Shown piece by piece: positions 39,746 to 49,955 of a stretch of DNA of 64,000 nucleotides. The translations under genes were made by a program, and so were the position numbers. The notes under the pieces were generated by a model. It saw nothing but the letters and a program-made list of their open reading frames with translations. It did no database searches and was not told the DNA's origin. The stretch comes from Polyangiaceae bacterium (GTDB lineage: Bacteria > Myxococcota_A > Polyangia > Polyangiales > Polyangiaceae), in contig JAPSGB010000007.1 of the NCBI GenBank assembly GCA_035063585.1, forward strand, positions 1-64,000, given 5' to 3'. The stretch's first letter is position 1. Every line of letters begins with the position of its first letter.

Positions 39746-42415
39746 CTAGCTGACGCTCGAGTAAATGGCCTCGATCGCCTCGGCGAGGCGCCCGGGGTTG
39801 GTGCCGCCGGCCTGCGCCATGTCCGGCCGCCCGCCACCCGATCCGCCGACCAGCTCGGCGATGGGTCGGATGAGGGTGCCGGCCGGGAAGCGGCCGCCGA
39901 GCGACTTGCTGACCGTGAGCACGAGCTGCGCCTTGCCTTCCGCCTCCGAACCCACGAGGACGACGCTCTCACCGAGCTTGTCGCGAAGCTGCTCGGCCAG
40001 CTCGCGGAGCGCGCCGCGATCGGCCACCTCGGCGTGTACGCCGAGCACCTTCACGCCTGCGATGTCTCGCGCACGGGAGAGGAGCACCTCGAGCCCTCCT
40101 CCACCGCCGCCGGTCGCCAGGCGCCTCTGCAGCTCCTCCACTTGCTTCTCGAGGGCGCGCTCGTGAAGCGCGAGCTTCTCGATCTTCTCGACGAGGTTCG
40201 AAGGAGTTGCCTTGGCCGCCTCGGCGGCGCGAGACAGCCCGTGCTCGAGCTCGCGAAGGTAGGCGAGTGAGCCCTCGCCGGTGGTGGCCACGATGCGCCT
40301 CACGCCAGCCGCGACGCCCTGCTCGGCCGTGATCTTGAAGAGCCCGATGTCGCCGGTGGCGCGCGCGTGGGTGCCGCCGCAGAGCTCCATCGATTCCCCC
40401 ATGGTGAGCATCCGCACCACCTCGCCGTATTTCTCCTCGAAGATCATCATGGCGCCCCGACGGCGCGCCTCGTCCATGTCCAGGATCTCGGTCTGCACGC
40501 GGTGGTTGTCGAGGACCGCGCGGTTCACACGATCCTCGATCTCGGTGAGCTCGCCGGCGGCGAGCGGCTTGCCGTGCGTGAAATCGAAGCGCAGCCGCTC
40601 GGGGCCGACCAGCGAGCCCTTCTGCTGCGCGTGCTCGCCGAGCACCCCGCGGAGCGCGTGGTGCAAGAGGTGCGTCGCGCTGTGGTTCCGGCGGATGGCG
40701 TCACGACGCGCGACGTCGATCTCGAGCGCGGCGCTCTCCCCGACGCTGATGGCGCCGTCCGCGACGGTTCCGCGATGCACCGACAACCCCTGAATGGGCT
40801 TGCGCGTGTCGGTGACGTCGATCTTCGCGGCCGCAGTTCGGATGACGCCGGTGTCACCGACCTGGCCGCCGGCCTCACCGTAGAACGGGGTGCGCGTGGT
40901 GACGACCTCGACCTCGTCGCCCGCCTCGGCGCGCTCGACCAACCGCCCGCCCTGGATGAGCGCGACGACGTCGGCGCGCTCCTGCTCCTTGTCGTAGCCC
41001 GTGAAGACGACCGCTCCGCCGGGAACGCGCGCGAGCGCCTCGCGGTAGACCCCCTCGACCGCCTGCTCGGCGCCCTTGAACTCGGACCGCCGCCTCGCCT
41101 CGCCGAGCGCGGCCTCGTAGCCCGCGTGGTCGACCTGGTAGCTCCGCTCCGCGCAGATGACCTCGGTGAGATCGAGCGGGAAGCCGTAGGTGTCGTAGAG
41201 CGTGAACGCCTCGGCACCACCGAGCGTCTTCGAGCCCGTCGCGTCGAGCCGCGCGAACTCCGCGTCGAGGAGCCCGAGCCCGCGCTCGATGGTACGACGA
41301 AATCGCTCCTCCTCTTGCAGGGAGACGCTCAGGATGAGGTCGCGGCGCTCGCGAAGCTCCGGGTAGTGGTCACCCATGAGCTCGATCACGCGATCGGCGA
41401 CCAGGTGGAGGAACGGTTCGGTGATCCCGAGCCGATGGCCGTGGCGGATCGCGCGGCGCATCACCCGCCGGAGCACGTACGGGCGCTCGACGCGATCGGG
41501 GAGCACTCCCTCCGCGATGAGGAAGGCCGTGGTGCGCGCGTGATCCGCGATGACGCGCATGCTGACGTCGTCCGGGGCCATGCTCTTCGTGTACGGCTTC
41601 CGGGCGAGCTCGGCGGCGCGGTCCACCAGCGCGCGGAGCAAGTCGATTTCGTAGTTGCTGGTCTGGCCCTGGAGCACGCTGGCGAGCCGCTCGAGGCCCG
41701 CGCCGGTGTCGATGCTGGGCGCGGGGAGCGGTGTGAGTTCGAACTGGTCGCCCACCCGGCTCCGCTCGAACTGCATGAAGACGAGGTTCCAGATCTCCAT
41801 CCAACCGAACCCCTCGCTCGTCTGCTCGGCGCCGAAGGTGGACGGATCGAAGCCCGGACCGTTGAAAATGTGGAGCTCGCTCGACGGACCGCAGGGACCG
41901 GTGTCGCCCATCTGCCAGAAGTTGTCGGCCATCCCGAGGCCGATCACCCGGTCGTCGCCGAAACCGGTGACCTTCTTCCAGAGCTCCCGCGCCGCCTCAT
42001 CGGCGGGGAGCCCGTCCTCACCGCGGAAGTAGGTGCACACCACGCGATCCTTCGGGATGTCGAGCTCGCCGAGCAGCTCCCAAGCGTAGACGATGGCCTC
42101 CTCCTTGAAGTAGTCCCCGAAGGAGAAGTTCCCGAGCATCTCGAAGAAGGTGTGGTGGCGCGGCGAGGGGCCCACCGCCTCCAAATCGTTGTGCTTCCCG
42201 CTGATACGGATGCATTTCTGGCTGCTCGTCGCGCGCTTGTAGGAGCGCGCTTCGCGACCAGTGAAGAGATCCTTGAACTGCACCATCCCGGCGTTGGCGA
42301 AGAGCAAGGTCGGATCGTTCGGCGGGACGAGCGGCCCGCTCCGAACCACCTCGTGGCCGCGCGCGGCGAAGAAATCGAGGAACGCGCTACGAACCTGGTC
42401 GATGCTGCGAGCCAT
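39746..42415 (-). CDS. alaS: Alanine--tRNA ligase
   Basis: FANAGMVQFK, HHTFFEMLGNFSFGDYFK, IDTGAGLER, HSATH, ELCGGTH, GGGRPDMAQAGG. Confidence 0.98.
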   Translation of the reverse strand: MARSIDQVRSAFLDFFAARGHEVVRSGPLVPPNDPTLLFANAGMVQFKDLFTGREARSYKRATSSQKCIRISGKHNDLEAVGPSPRHHTFFEMLGNFSFGDYFKEEAIVYAWELLGELDIPKDRVVCTYFRGEDGLPADEAARELWKKVTGFGDDRVIGLGMADNFWQMGDTGPCGPSSELHIFNGPGFDPSTFGAEQTSEGFGWMEIWNLVFMQFERSRVGDQFELTPLPAPSIDTGAGLERLASVLQGQTSNYEIDLLRALVDRAAELARKPYTKSMAPDDVSMRVIADHARTTAFLIAEGVLPDRVERPYVLRRVMRRAIRHGHRLGITEPFLHLVADRVIELMGDHYPELRERRDLILSVSLQEEERFRRTIERGLGLLDAEFARLDATGSKTLGGAEAFTLYDTYGFPLDLTEVICAERSYQVDHAGYEAALGEARRRSEFKGAEQAVEGVYREALARVPGGAVVFTGYDKEQERADVVALIQGGRLVERAEAGDEVEVVTTRTPFYGEAGGQVGDTGVIRTAAAKIDVTDTRKPIQGLSVHRGTVADGAISVGESAALEIDVARRDAIRRNHSATHLLHHALRGVLGEHAQQKGSLVGPERLRFDFTHGKPLAAGELTEIEDRVNRAVLDNHRVQTEILDMDEARRRGAMMIFEEKYGEVVRMLTMGESMELCGGTHARATGDIGLFKITAEQGVAAGVRRIVATTGEGSLAYLRELEHGLSRAAEAAKATPSNLVEKIEKLALHERALEKQVEELQRRLATGGGGGGLEVLLSRARDIAGVKVLGVHAEVADRGALRELAEQLRDKLGESVVLVGSEAEGKAQLVLTVSKSLGGRFPAGTLIRPIAELVGGSGGGRPDMAQAGGTNPGRLAEAIEAIYSSVS

Positions 42416-42523
42416 GGGGCGGCTTTCCTAGCACAACGCGACGCGGCAAAGGAGCCCGGGAAGCGCGCGAGCGCGGGGCCGAGCCCCCTTGATCGCGCGG
42501 GCAGTCGTCGCTACGTCCCGGGC

Positions 42524-43294
42524 GTGAGCGCGCGCGGAGCTTGGTGGGGGGAGTTCGCGGTGGCTCGCGGGATGACCGCGAGCTTCCAGGTCGGGCCGCT
42601 CCGCCTCACGGTGGAGCACCACGGCGGGGAGTGGCGGCTCATCCGCACCTTCGACGGCGACGACACCGTGGTGCGGGTCGAGGTGCCCGCGCCCGAGCGC
42701 GCTCTCGAGGCGGGCGCGGTCATCTCTCGCCACGGCACCAGCCACTCCGACGACCGGCTGTCGCTCACCCCGGTGCTTCCGGACCGGCCGGTGGTCACCC
42801 GGCCCGAGCACCCGGTGAGCGTCCCCCCGCGAGACGCGGCCACCATCTACGTGGGCTCTCCGCTCTGGGTCCGCGTCGCGCACCGCTCGCCGCCGATCAC
42901 CCTCGAGGACCTGCCCTGCATGGCTCCCCTCACGACCTGGTGGGGGCCGGACACGACGACCGGCGAGCTCTGCTACGCGACGCGGACCTTCGGGCGCCTC
43001 GACGAGCGACAGATCGTGTTTCATCCGCATCGAGTGATAACGGCGGTCCGCATCGAGAACCGCGCCGACGCGCCGCTCCTCTTCGAGCGGCTGTACCTGC
43101 CGGTCGGGCAGCTCTCCGTCCTCGCGGACGAGGAGCATCGCCTGTGGACGGAGGACGTGACGCTCGAGCACGTGGCCGGCGAGGAGGCCGAGCTCACGCT
43201 CGGGGACGCGCGCGATGGGTTCCAGCGCCTCACCGGTCCTCGAAACGCCGCGCCCCACCGGCTCTTCCGAGCCTTCGGCTCGCTGTTCCGCTAG
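42524..43294 (+). CDS. DUF432-like protein
   Basis: C-terminal part of track ORF 40367..43294, from GTG 42524. L-x-P-x-x-PDRPVV, IYV-x-x-PLW, TWWGP...GELCY and I-x-N motifs recall DUF432. Family assigned from memory. Confidence 0.65.
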   Translation: MSARGAWWGEFAVARGMTASFQVGPLRLTVEHHGGEWRLIRTFDGDDTVVRVEVPAPERALEAGAVISRHGTSHSDDRLSLTPVLPDRPVVTRPEHPVSVPPRDAATIYVGSPLWVRVAHRSPPITLEDLPCMAPLTTWWGPDTTTGELCYATRTFGRLDERQIVFHPHRVITAVRIENRADAPLLFERLYLPVGQLSVLADEEHRLWTEDVTLEHVAGEEAELTLGDARDGFQRLTGPRNAAPHRLFRAFGSLFR

Positions 43295-43300
43295 ACGCAC

Positions 43301-44116
43301 ATGGAAAGCTCGCTCACGGCTCACCTCGACGACCTGCTCCCGAGCGGCAGCGTGATGCCGCTCGTGCACGCGCTCGTGATCTTGGCGCTCGGGCTCCTCT
43401 TGGCACGCGCTGCGCGCCGCGCGATCGGGCGGGTGTTCGGGCGCCACGGTCCGCGCAGCGGAGCGAACATCCTGCGCCTAGTGAGCTGGCTCATCACCGG
43501 AACCGCCAGCGTGTGGGCTCTGGAGGAGCTCGGCTTCAACGTGGGTGTCCTGCTCGGCGCGGCCGGCGTGGTCACGGTCGCGGTTGGCTTTGCCGCGCAG
43601 TCCACCCTGTCGAACCTCCTGAGCGGACTCTTCCTGCTGGCCGAACGCCCCTTTTCCATCGGCGACGTGATCGAGGTCGAGAAGGAGACCGGCGAGGTGC
43701 TCGCCATCGATCTCCTCTCCACCAAGCTCCGCACCTTCGACAACCGATATGTCCGAATCCCGAACGAGGTGACCTTCAAGACCAAGGTCATCAACACCAC
43801 CCGGTTCCCAATCCGTCGCGTCGACATCTTCTTGCCGGTCGCGTACGAGACCGATCTCGCGAGACTGAGGCCGATCATCCTCGAGGTGGCGGCGCTGAAC
43901 CCGCGCTGCCTGGCCGAGCCGAGCCCGCTGCTCTTCGTCTCACGCTTCGAAGACTCCCGCGTCCTGATGCAGTTCTCGGTGTGGTGCGCTACCCCGGACT
44001 ACTTGAGCCTCCTCACCACCATCCAAGAAGAGGTGACCGCGGCGCTCACCGCCGCGGGCGTGCAACCCGCCCTGCCGCGTCGCGTGCTCGTCGACCAGCG
44101 ATCCAAGCATGACTGA
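43301..44116 (+). CDS. mscS: Small-conductance mechanosensitive channel
   Basis: Three TMs; GFAAQSTLSNLLSG, PFSIGD, T-x-DNRYVRIPN, RRVDI. Confidence 0.92.
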   Translation: MESSLTAHLDDLLPSGSVMPLVHALVILALGLLLARAARRAIGRVFGRHGPRSGANILRLVSWLITGTASVWALEELGFNVGVLLGAAGVVTVAVGFAAQSTLSNLLSGLFLLAERPFSIGDVIEVEKETGEVLAIDLLSTKLRTFDNRYVRIPNEVTFKTKVINTTRFPIRRVDIFLPVAYETDLARLRPIILEVAALNPRCLAEPSPLLFVSRFEDSRVLMQFSVWCATPDYLSLLTTIQEEVTAALTAAGVQPALPRRVLVDQRSKHD

Positions 44117-46487
44117 CCGAGCGCGAGAGCTCGCCGAAGACCAGGGGCTCGGGCCGGTGGAGGCGATGATCGGGCTCGACGCGACCCGCGAGTCCCCGGG
44201 CGGAAAGCGGGCGAGCTCCGTCCTGTGTCTCTGCGAACGCGGGCTCTTGGTCGTGACCACGAAGCGGGGTGTCCGAGAGGAGCTCCTCGACGTCCTCGAT
44301 GGACGGCCCCTGAGCTACACGCGTGGGCGGCTCCGAGATCAGCTGACGATCGGCGGTGCGCGCTTTGGCGTGCCGCGGCGCGCACGCGCGGCTGCCGAGC
44401 GCGCGCTCGCGCTCGCCCGACTCCGCCGCGGGGGGCAGCCGGAGCGCGCCGCTTCGCTCGCGGGCTGGCGCTACGTGGACGAGCTCGGAATCGTCGCGGA
44501 GACGTGGCTCGTGAGCACGCTCGAGACGGACGAGGTCGTGCTCGCGTGGCTCTCCACCGGGACCACGCGCCTCGTACCGTCGTCGCTCGGGGACGCGTCT
44601 TCGGGGGCGCTGCTGGTCCTGCTCACCGACCGGCGCGCGCTCACCGTCGCGCTCTCGCCCGTGGGCGACGCGCGCGTGGAGTCGCTGCCCGAGGTGCCGC
44701 TCCGCGTCGATGAGCGGAGCGTCCGCGCCGGGAACGCATGCTTCACCGCCGATCGCTCGACCGCGGCGCGCCTCGGCGAGCTCGCCCCGCTCTTCGCGCT
44801 CACGCCGTGCGATCGACTCCGCGAGCTGGCTCGCCTCGAGTACGAGCACCGACGAAAGCGGGCGGCGCTCGAGGCCGCACGACGCCTGCTCGCCCTTGCC
44901 GCGAAGCGCGGCGACCTGCGCTCCGAGGTCGCCGCGTATCTGCTCGCCGTCGAGCGCAGCGAGCCGCCGGCCGAGCTGCCACACTCACTCGCGGGGCTCG
45001 AGGCGAACGCGCTCGCGACGCTCTTCGAGCACTGGCGGGTATCCGCGCGCGCCGGGCGTGTGCTCGAGTCTGCTCTCGAGGACCGTGGAGACGCCGGAGA
45101 GCCCTGGGCGCTCGAGCTGCACGTCGCGGTGCACGCGGCCGCGCGCCGCGAGGGCGGAGATCCGCTCGAGCTCGCGCGCGGGGATCTCGCCCTCGCAAAG
45201 CACCTGCTCGACCGCGGGGCTCCGAGCCGCGCGCGCCCCATCCTCGAGCGGTGCCTCACCGAGCTGCCGAGCGAGGCGTTGGACGACCTCCTCCCGCCCC
45301 GCGACGCCGATCTCACCGAGGGAGCCGGCGGTCAGGCGCTGCGGATCCGGCTCTACGAGCTGCTCGCGCGAGCGCGTCCGGGCGACGGCGGGCGCCCCGA
45401 CCCGATGGCGGCGGCGGAGCTCGCGCGCCTGCAGCCGCTGGTCGTCTCGCGGACCCGCGTGCTCATCGGGGTCGCCGAGCCCGGGCTCCGTGCGCGAGCG
45501 GTCGAGGTGGCGCGGGTGCTCGAGGTGGGAGGGCTAGGCCCCTGCCCGGGCGGCGCGCCGCAGACGGACGTGCGCCCGCTCCCGGAGGCCATGATATCGG
45601 GCCTGCTCGAGCATCCGCTGGTGCGCGAAGGGGGAGCGCTGCTCGGCCGGTTGCAGGCGCTCCTCGCCGAGGTCCCGAGACCGGACACCAGCGCGATCCG
45701 TGACTACTGCGAGCAGCTCTCGGTGGAGCGCCACGGTGACTTCGCGCGGGTCCTCGCGGACGCCGCGCTCATGCTCGGCGTCCCGCGCCTCGAAGCATAC
45801 GTGTCACGAGGGGACAAGAGCGTCGGGCTCCGCGCCTACGATGGCGATCCGCCTTTCGTGCTGGTCGGCGGCCGTCACCTCGAGCCGGGCGAGCTCGCCA
45901 TGACGCCGCGCGAGCTCGCCTTCGCCATCGGCGCCGAGGCCGCGCACCTCCGCTTCGGGCACAGCCGCGCCACCTCGAGCGAGGTGTGGGCCGGCGCGGT
46001 CGAGAAGGCGCGCCAAGGCCTCGACGTCGCGCTCGGGATCATGCCCGCATGGAAGGGCGTCAAGCTCGCGCAGCGGGCGCGGGGCGTCATGACCGCGCTG
46101 CGCGGCGCGCCCGCCGGTCGCTCGCTCGCCGGCGCGCTCGCGCCGAAGCTCGCGCCGCGCGCGGCGACTCTACGCCAGGAGCTGCTCGGTCCCATCAACG
46201 AGGAGCTGGTCGCGGCCCATCGAGTGATGCAGCTCACCGCCGATCGCGCCGGTCTGGTCCTGTGCGGGGAGCTGGGCGCCGCGGTACGCGCCATGCTGCT
46301 CGTGCGCCGCGACCATCACGCGGAGCTCGTCCGCGCGGAGCGGGTCGGGATCGCGCCGGTCTTGGCGCGGCGCTCACCAGGCGGAGCGATCGCGCTCCAA
46401 GACCTCGCGATCCGGGTCGCCGCCCTGGTCGCCTTCTACTTGTCGGACGATTTCGCGCGCCTGTACGGCAGCGCCCATGGAGCCTGA
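44109..46487 (+). CDS. Hypothetical protein: beta-rich N-terminus, helical repeats, degenerate M48-type zincin domain
   Basis: Overlaps the mscS stop. ELAFAIGAEAAHLRFGH and ADRAGL echo the M48 HExxH and E-x-x-AD motifs. Confidence 0.7.
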   Translation: MTDRARELAEDQGLGPVEAMIGLDATRESPGGKRASSVLCLCERGLLVVTTKRGVREELLDVLDGRPLSYTRGRLRDQLTIGGARFGVPRRARAAAERALALARLRRGGQPERAASLAGWRYVDELGIVAETWLVSTLETDEVVLAWLSTGTTRLVPSSLGDASSGALLVLLTDRRALTVALSPVGDARVESLPEVPLRVDERSVRAGNACFTADRSTAARLGELAPLFALTPCDRLRELARLEYEHRRKRAALEAARRLLALAAKRGDLRSEVAAYLLAVERSEPPAELPHSLAGLEANALATLFEHWRVSARAGRVLESALEDRGDAGEPWALELHVAVHAAARREGGDPLELARGDLALAKHLLDRGAPSRARPILERCLTELPSEALDDLLPPRDADLTEGAGGQALRIRLYELLARARPGDGGRPDPMAAAELARLQPLVVSRTRVLIGVAEPGLRARAVEVARVLEVGGLGPCPGGAPQTDVRPLPEAMISGLLEHPLVREGGALLGRLQALLAEVPRPDTSAIRDYCEQLSVERHGDFARVLADAALMLGVPRLEAYVSRGDKSVGLRAYDGDPPFVLVGGRHLEPGELAMTPRELAFAIGAEAAHLRFGHSRATSSEVWAGAVEKARQGLDVALGIMPAWKGVKLAQRARGVMTALRGAPAGRSLAGALAPKLAPRAATLRQELLGPINEELVAAHRVMQLTADRAGLVLCGELGAAVRAMLLVRRDHHAELVRAERVGIAPVLARRSPGGAIALQDLAIRVAALVAFYLSDDFARLYGSAHGA

Positions 46488-46508
46488 GCGGGCGCCCCGA
46501 AGCTGCGC

Positions 46509-48395
46509 TCAGAAGGTCGGCTCGGGGCGCTTCTTCACCGCGGCGACTGCGTCGGCGAGCGCGCCGTCGCCGCGCATGCACGGGAAGCAGTCCTCCTTCT
46601 TGCTCGCTCCGCAGCCCGTCTTCGCCATCATGGGCTGGAGGACCCGGAGCGAGCGGGTGTCACCGCTCAGCGTCACGCGTGGCAGGAGCCGCTTGAAGTC
46701 TTCGCACGACTCGGCCTGGCGCAAATCGAGCGCGATCGCCAGGGCGGGAGTGATCTTGGCGCGCTCGTCCGCGCTCGTCACGAGCTGCTTGGCGAGCTGA
46801 GTGATGGTGGTCTTGGCCTTGGTCGCGACCCACACGTCATAGAGGATGTCCGCGCCGGAGCTGCCGAGGCGGCGCGACGCCACCCTGAGCGCCTCCTCCG
46901 CCGACTCGTCGCTCGTGGCCGCGCGTCGCACGTGACGGAGCAGGGTCATGTCATTGGCGAGGGAAGGGTCCAAATCGAGCGCTCGCACGTACGCTTCGAG
47001 CGCGAGCTTCGGGTGACCGAGCTCCATGCGCCCGCGCGCGAGCGCGACCCATACCGCCACGCTCCGCGACGCGGCCGGGCGCGCCTCGAGCTCGGCGACG
47101 GCGTCCGTGTCGCCGGTCGACGCGCGGGCGATGACCGGCGCAAGCTCCGCCGGATCGGCGAGCGACGCGGCGCTCGGCTGAGTGGCGGGCGCGGCCGGCG
47201 CGGCCGCCTCTCGAACCGGCGCTCGCGGGCCGACGCCATACGCCCAGAGCACGACGCCGCCCACGCCGAGCGCCGCGAGGATGAGCGCCGCGCGCAGCCC
47301 ACCGCGCGCCGGCGGTCGAGCGGCGGGCGCGGCGCTCGCGCCTGCCGCGTCGAGCACACCCGGGCGGGTGGTGTCAGGGCTCGAGCGCAGCGCGTCGGAC
47401 ACGATGCTGATCGACGAGAACATCTCCCGAGGCGATAGCCGCTGCAGCACATCCTCGAGCAGACCCCGCACCTCGGCGGCGGTCTGGAGGCGATCCTTCG
47501 GATCCTTCTCGAGGAGCTTCATCACGATCCCGGCGAGCCCTGGATCGACCGTATCGGGCAGGGGCGGCGGCGGCTCGTTCATCTGCAGGGTCAGCACCTT
47601 TCCGACGTCCTCGTCCTGAAAGGGAGGCTGCCCGACGAGCATCTCGTAGAGCATCAAGCCCACCGTGTAGAGGTCGCATCGGTGGTCGACCTCCTCGCCG
47701 GCCGCCTGCTCCGGCGCCATGTACTGCGGCGTGCCGAACACCATGCCGCGCCGGGTGAGGAGCGCGCTCCCCTCGGGCTGCTCGTCCATCGTGACCTTCG
47801 CGATCCCGAAGTCGAGCACCTTCACGAAGTCGCCCTCGCCGGGGCGCTCGACGAGCATGATGTTCTCGGGCTTGAGATCACGATGCACGATCCCGGCCTG
47901 ATGCGCGGCCGACAGCGCGTCGGCGATCTGCGCGGCGATCCGCGCCGCACGCGCCTGAGGGACCGCGCCGTTGTCGAGCAGGTCCGCGACGCTCTGCCCC
48001 TGGACGAACTCGAGCACCAGGTAGAAGGAAGCGTCGTCGAGTCGCCCGAAGTCGATGGCGGAGGCGACGTGAGGGTGCTCGATACGCCCCGCCGCGATCG
48101 CCTCGCGCTCGAATCGCGCGGCGATCTCGGGCAACCAACCGAGCTCGCGGTGGAGCACCTTGATCGCGACCGGCCGGTGCATGAGCACGTGCTCACCGCG
48201 GTACACGACGCCCATTCCGCCGCGACCGACTACGCCGGTGACTCGGTAGCGGTCGGCGATGACGGTCCCGAGCAGCGAGGGCTCTCGAGAGGGCCGAGAG
48301 GATGGGCGGTCCGGCGCGGAATCGCCGGGGTCGCCCTCCACCAGCGCGGGCTCGGTGGGCGCGCGCTCCACGTCACCGTCACGGCCGGCGCTCAC
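46509..48395 (-). CDS. Membrane Ser/Thr protein kinase
   Basis: [30 protein letters not shown], one TM and a Cys-containing C-terminal domain. Start uncertain (GTG 48395, GTG 48422 or track start 48554). Confidence 0.92.
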   Translation of the reverse strand: MSAGRDGDVERAPTEPALVEGDPGDSAPDRPSSRPSREPSLLGTVIADRYRVTGVVGRGGMGVVYRGEHVLMHRPVAIKVLHRELGWLPEIAARFEREAIAAGRIEHPHVASAIDFGRLDDASFYLVLEFVQGQSVADLLDNGAVPQARAARIAAQIADALSAAHQAGIVHRDLKPENIMLVERPGEGDFVKVLDFGIAKVTMDEQPEGSALLTRRGMVFGTPQYMAPEQAAGEEVDHRCDLYTVGLMLYEMLVGQPPFQDEDVGKVLTLQMNEPPPPLPDTVDPGLAGIVMKLLEKDPKDRLQTAAEVRGLLEDVLQRLSPREMFSSISIVSDALRSSPDTTRPGVLDAAGASAAPAARPPARGGLRAALILAALGVGGVVLWAYGVGPRAPVREAAAPAAPATQPSAASLADPAELAPVIARASTGDTDAVAELEARPAASRSVAVWVALARGRMELGHPKLALEAYVRALDLDPSLANDMTLLRHVRRAATSDESAEEALRVASRRLGSSGADILYDVWVATKAKTTITQLAKQLVTSADERAKITPALAIALDLRQAESCEDFKRLLPRVTLSGDTRSLRVLQPMMAKTGCGASKKEDCFPCMRGDGALADAVAAVKKRPEPTF

Positions 48396-48569
48396 GGGTG
48401 GCGCCCTGTTGGCGCTGGCCACACGCCGGCGCGGCGCGGCCGACCTGAAAACATGACCACGAGGGAAGCTTAGAGCGACTCGCGCGCGGATGGAACCGCC
48501 GCGAGCGGCGCGCGTCTCGTGACCGCTCCCCGGCGCGACTCGGGCGGCGGACACCTCCTCGGTTCGAGC

Positions 48570-49322
48570 CTACCGGCGGCCTCCGTGACGCCCCGCACCG
48601 CTCGTGAAGCGCGCCGCGCCCTCGAGCGCGGCGGCGAGCACCTGCGCGCCGCGCTCACCCTCGAGCCGGAGGCCGTCTGCGACCGGTTGCCCGAGCCCGT
48701 CGAAGAGCGAGGCGCGATCCGCGAGGACGCACGCCCAGGGATGCTCGGCGATCTCAGCCGCGAGGCCGAGCGCTGCCTCGAGCGCCTCGCCGTCTTCCAC
48801 CACGCGATCCACGAGCCCGATCCGCTCGGCCTCGCGCGCGTCGATCGCGCGTCCCGTCAACACCAGGTCGAGCGCGCGGCCAAGCCCAACGACCCGGGGC
48901 AGCCGCTGCGTCCCGCCGTCGATGAGCGGAACCCCCCAGCGACGCTCGAGGCATCCGAAGCGCGCGCTCGCGCCGGCGACGCGCAGATCGCAGAAGAGCG
49001 CGAGCTCGAGCCCTCCAGCCACGCACCAACCCTCCACGGCGGCGATGGCGGGCTTCGATGGAGTCAGTCGCGTGAAGCCCATCGGACCTTCGGGCGCGAA
49101 GACGTCGTTGTCCATCGCCTGCAGGTCCGCGCCTGCCGAGAAGGTCCCGCCGCGCCCCGTCAGCACCAGCACGCGCGCCTCCGGGTCCGCCTCGAAGCGA
49201 CGATAGGCGTCGAGCAGCGCCGCCGCGGTCGCCCGATCCACCGCGTTCCTCCGCTCGCTCCGATCGATGGCGAGCACCCGGACGGCGCCTCGAACCTGGT
49301 AATCGACCAGCGACCGCGTCAT
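48570..49322 (-). CDS. Enoyl-CoA hydratase/isomerase (crotonase) family protein
   Basis: RRNAVD, FSAGADL, AGGLELALFCD, GVPLIDGGT. Confidence 0.93.
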   Translation of the reverse strand: MTRSLVDYQVRGAVRVLAIDRSERRNAVDRATAAALLDAYRRFEADPEARVLVLTGRGGTFSAGADLQAMDNDVFAPEGPMGFTRLTPSKPAIAAVEGWCVAGGLELALFCDLRVAGASARFGCLERRWGVPLIDGGTQRLPRVVGLGRALDLVLTGRAIDAREAERIGLVDRVVEDGEALEAALGLAAEIAEHPWACVLADRASLFDGLGQPVADGLRLEGERGAQVLAAALEGAARFTSGAGRHGGRR

Positions 49323-49921
49323 CGCGCGTCGATCCCGAGGTTGGCGAGCCGATCCGCCTCGGCGTTGTCCGCGCGCGGGACGTGCACCAGGCGCACTGAA
49401 TCGAAGCTGGCGAGCAGTCGTTGCGCCTCGTCATAGAGCGGCCTCAGCCCGGCGTTCTTCACACGGTACTCGCCCTTGAGCTGGCGGATCATGAGCTCCG
49501 AGTCCGCCCGCACCTCGAGCTCACGGACCCCAAGCGCCTCGGCCCGCCCGAGTCCCGCGAGGAGCGCCCGGTACTCGGCGACGTTGTTGGTGGTCGTACC
49601 GAGGTACTCGCTGTGCTCGGCGAGCCGCCTCCCCTGCCGATCCTCCAGCACCGCACCGATCCCGGCGGGACCCGGGTTACCTCGGGCAGCGCCATCGCTC
49701 CACAAGATCGCCGCGACCACGTCGCCGCGCGCCGCAGGCCGCGCGCGCTGCGAGCGAGGCGCGCGGCTCGACGCAGCGCGGCCCTCGTCGGTCGAGTCCT
49801 CTCCGTTCCTCTCCGCGAATAGGCGCGCCGTCTCCTCGAGCACCGCACGCTCCTCGTCGTCGAGGTCGGCTCGCGCCAGGAGCCGCTCGATCACCTTCAC
49901 GTAACCCACCGAGGTCTTCAT
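49319..49921 (-). CDS. rnhA: Ribonuclease HI family protein
   Basis: DGAARGNPGPAG, TNNVAEY, ADSELM, HVPR-x-x-N-x-x-AD, with an N-terminal extension. Confidence 0.85.
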   Translation of the reverse strand: MKTSVGYVKVIERLLARADLDDEERAVLEETARLFAERNGEDSTDEGRAASSRAPRSQRARPAARGDVVAAILWSDGAARGNPGPAGIGAVLEDRQGRRLAEHSEYLGTTTNNVAEYRALLAGLGRAEALGVRELEVRADSELMIRQLKGEYRVKNAGLRPLYDEAQRLLASFDSVRLVHVPRADNAEADRLANLGIDAR

Positions 49922-49955
49922 CCGGCCCGAGTTCCCTCCCCGGAAGGGGCCGCTG

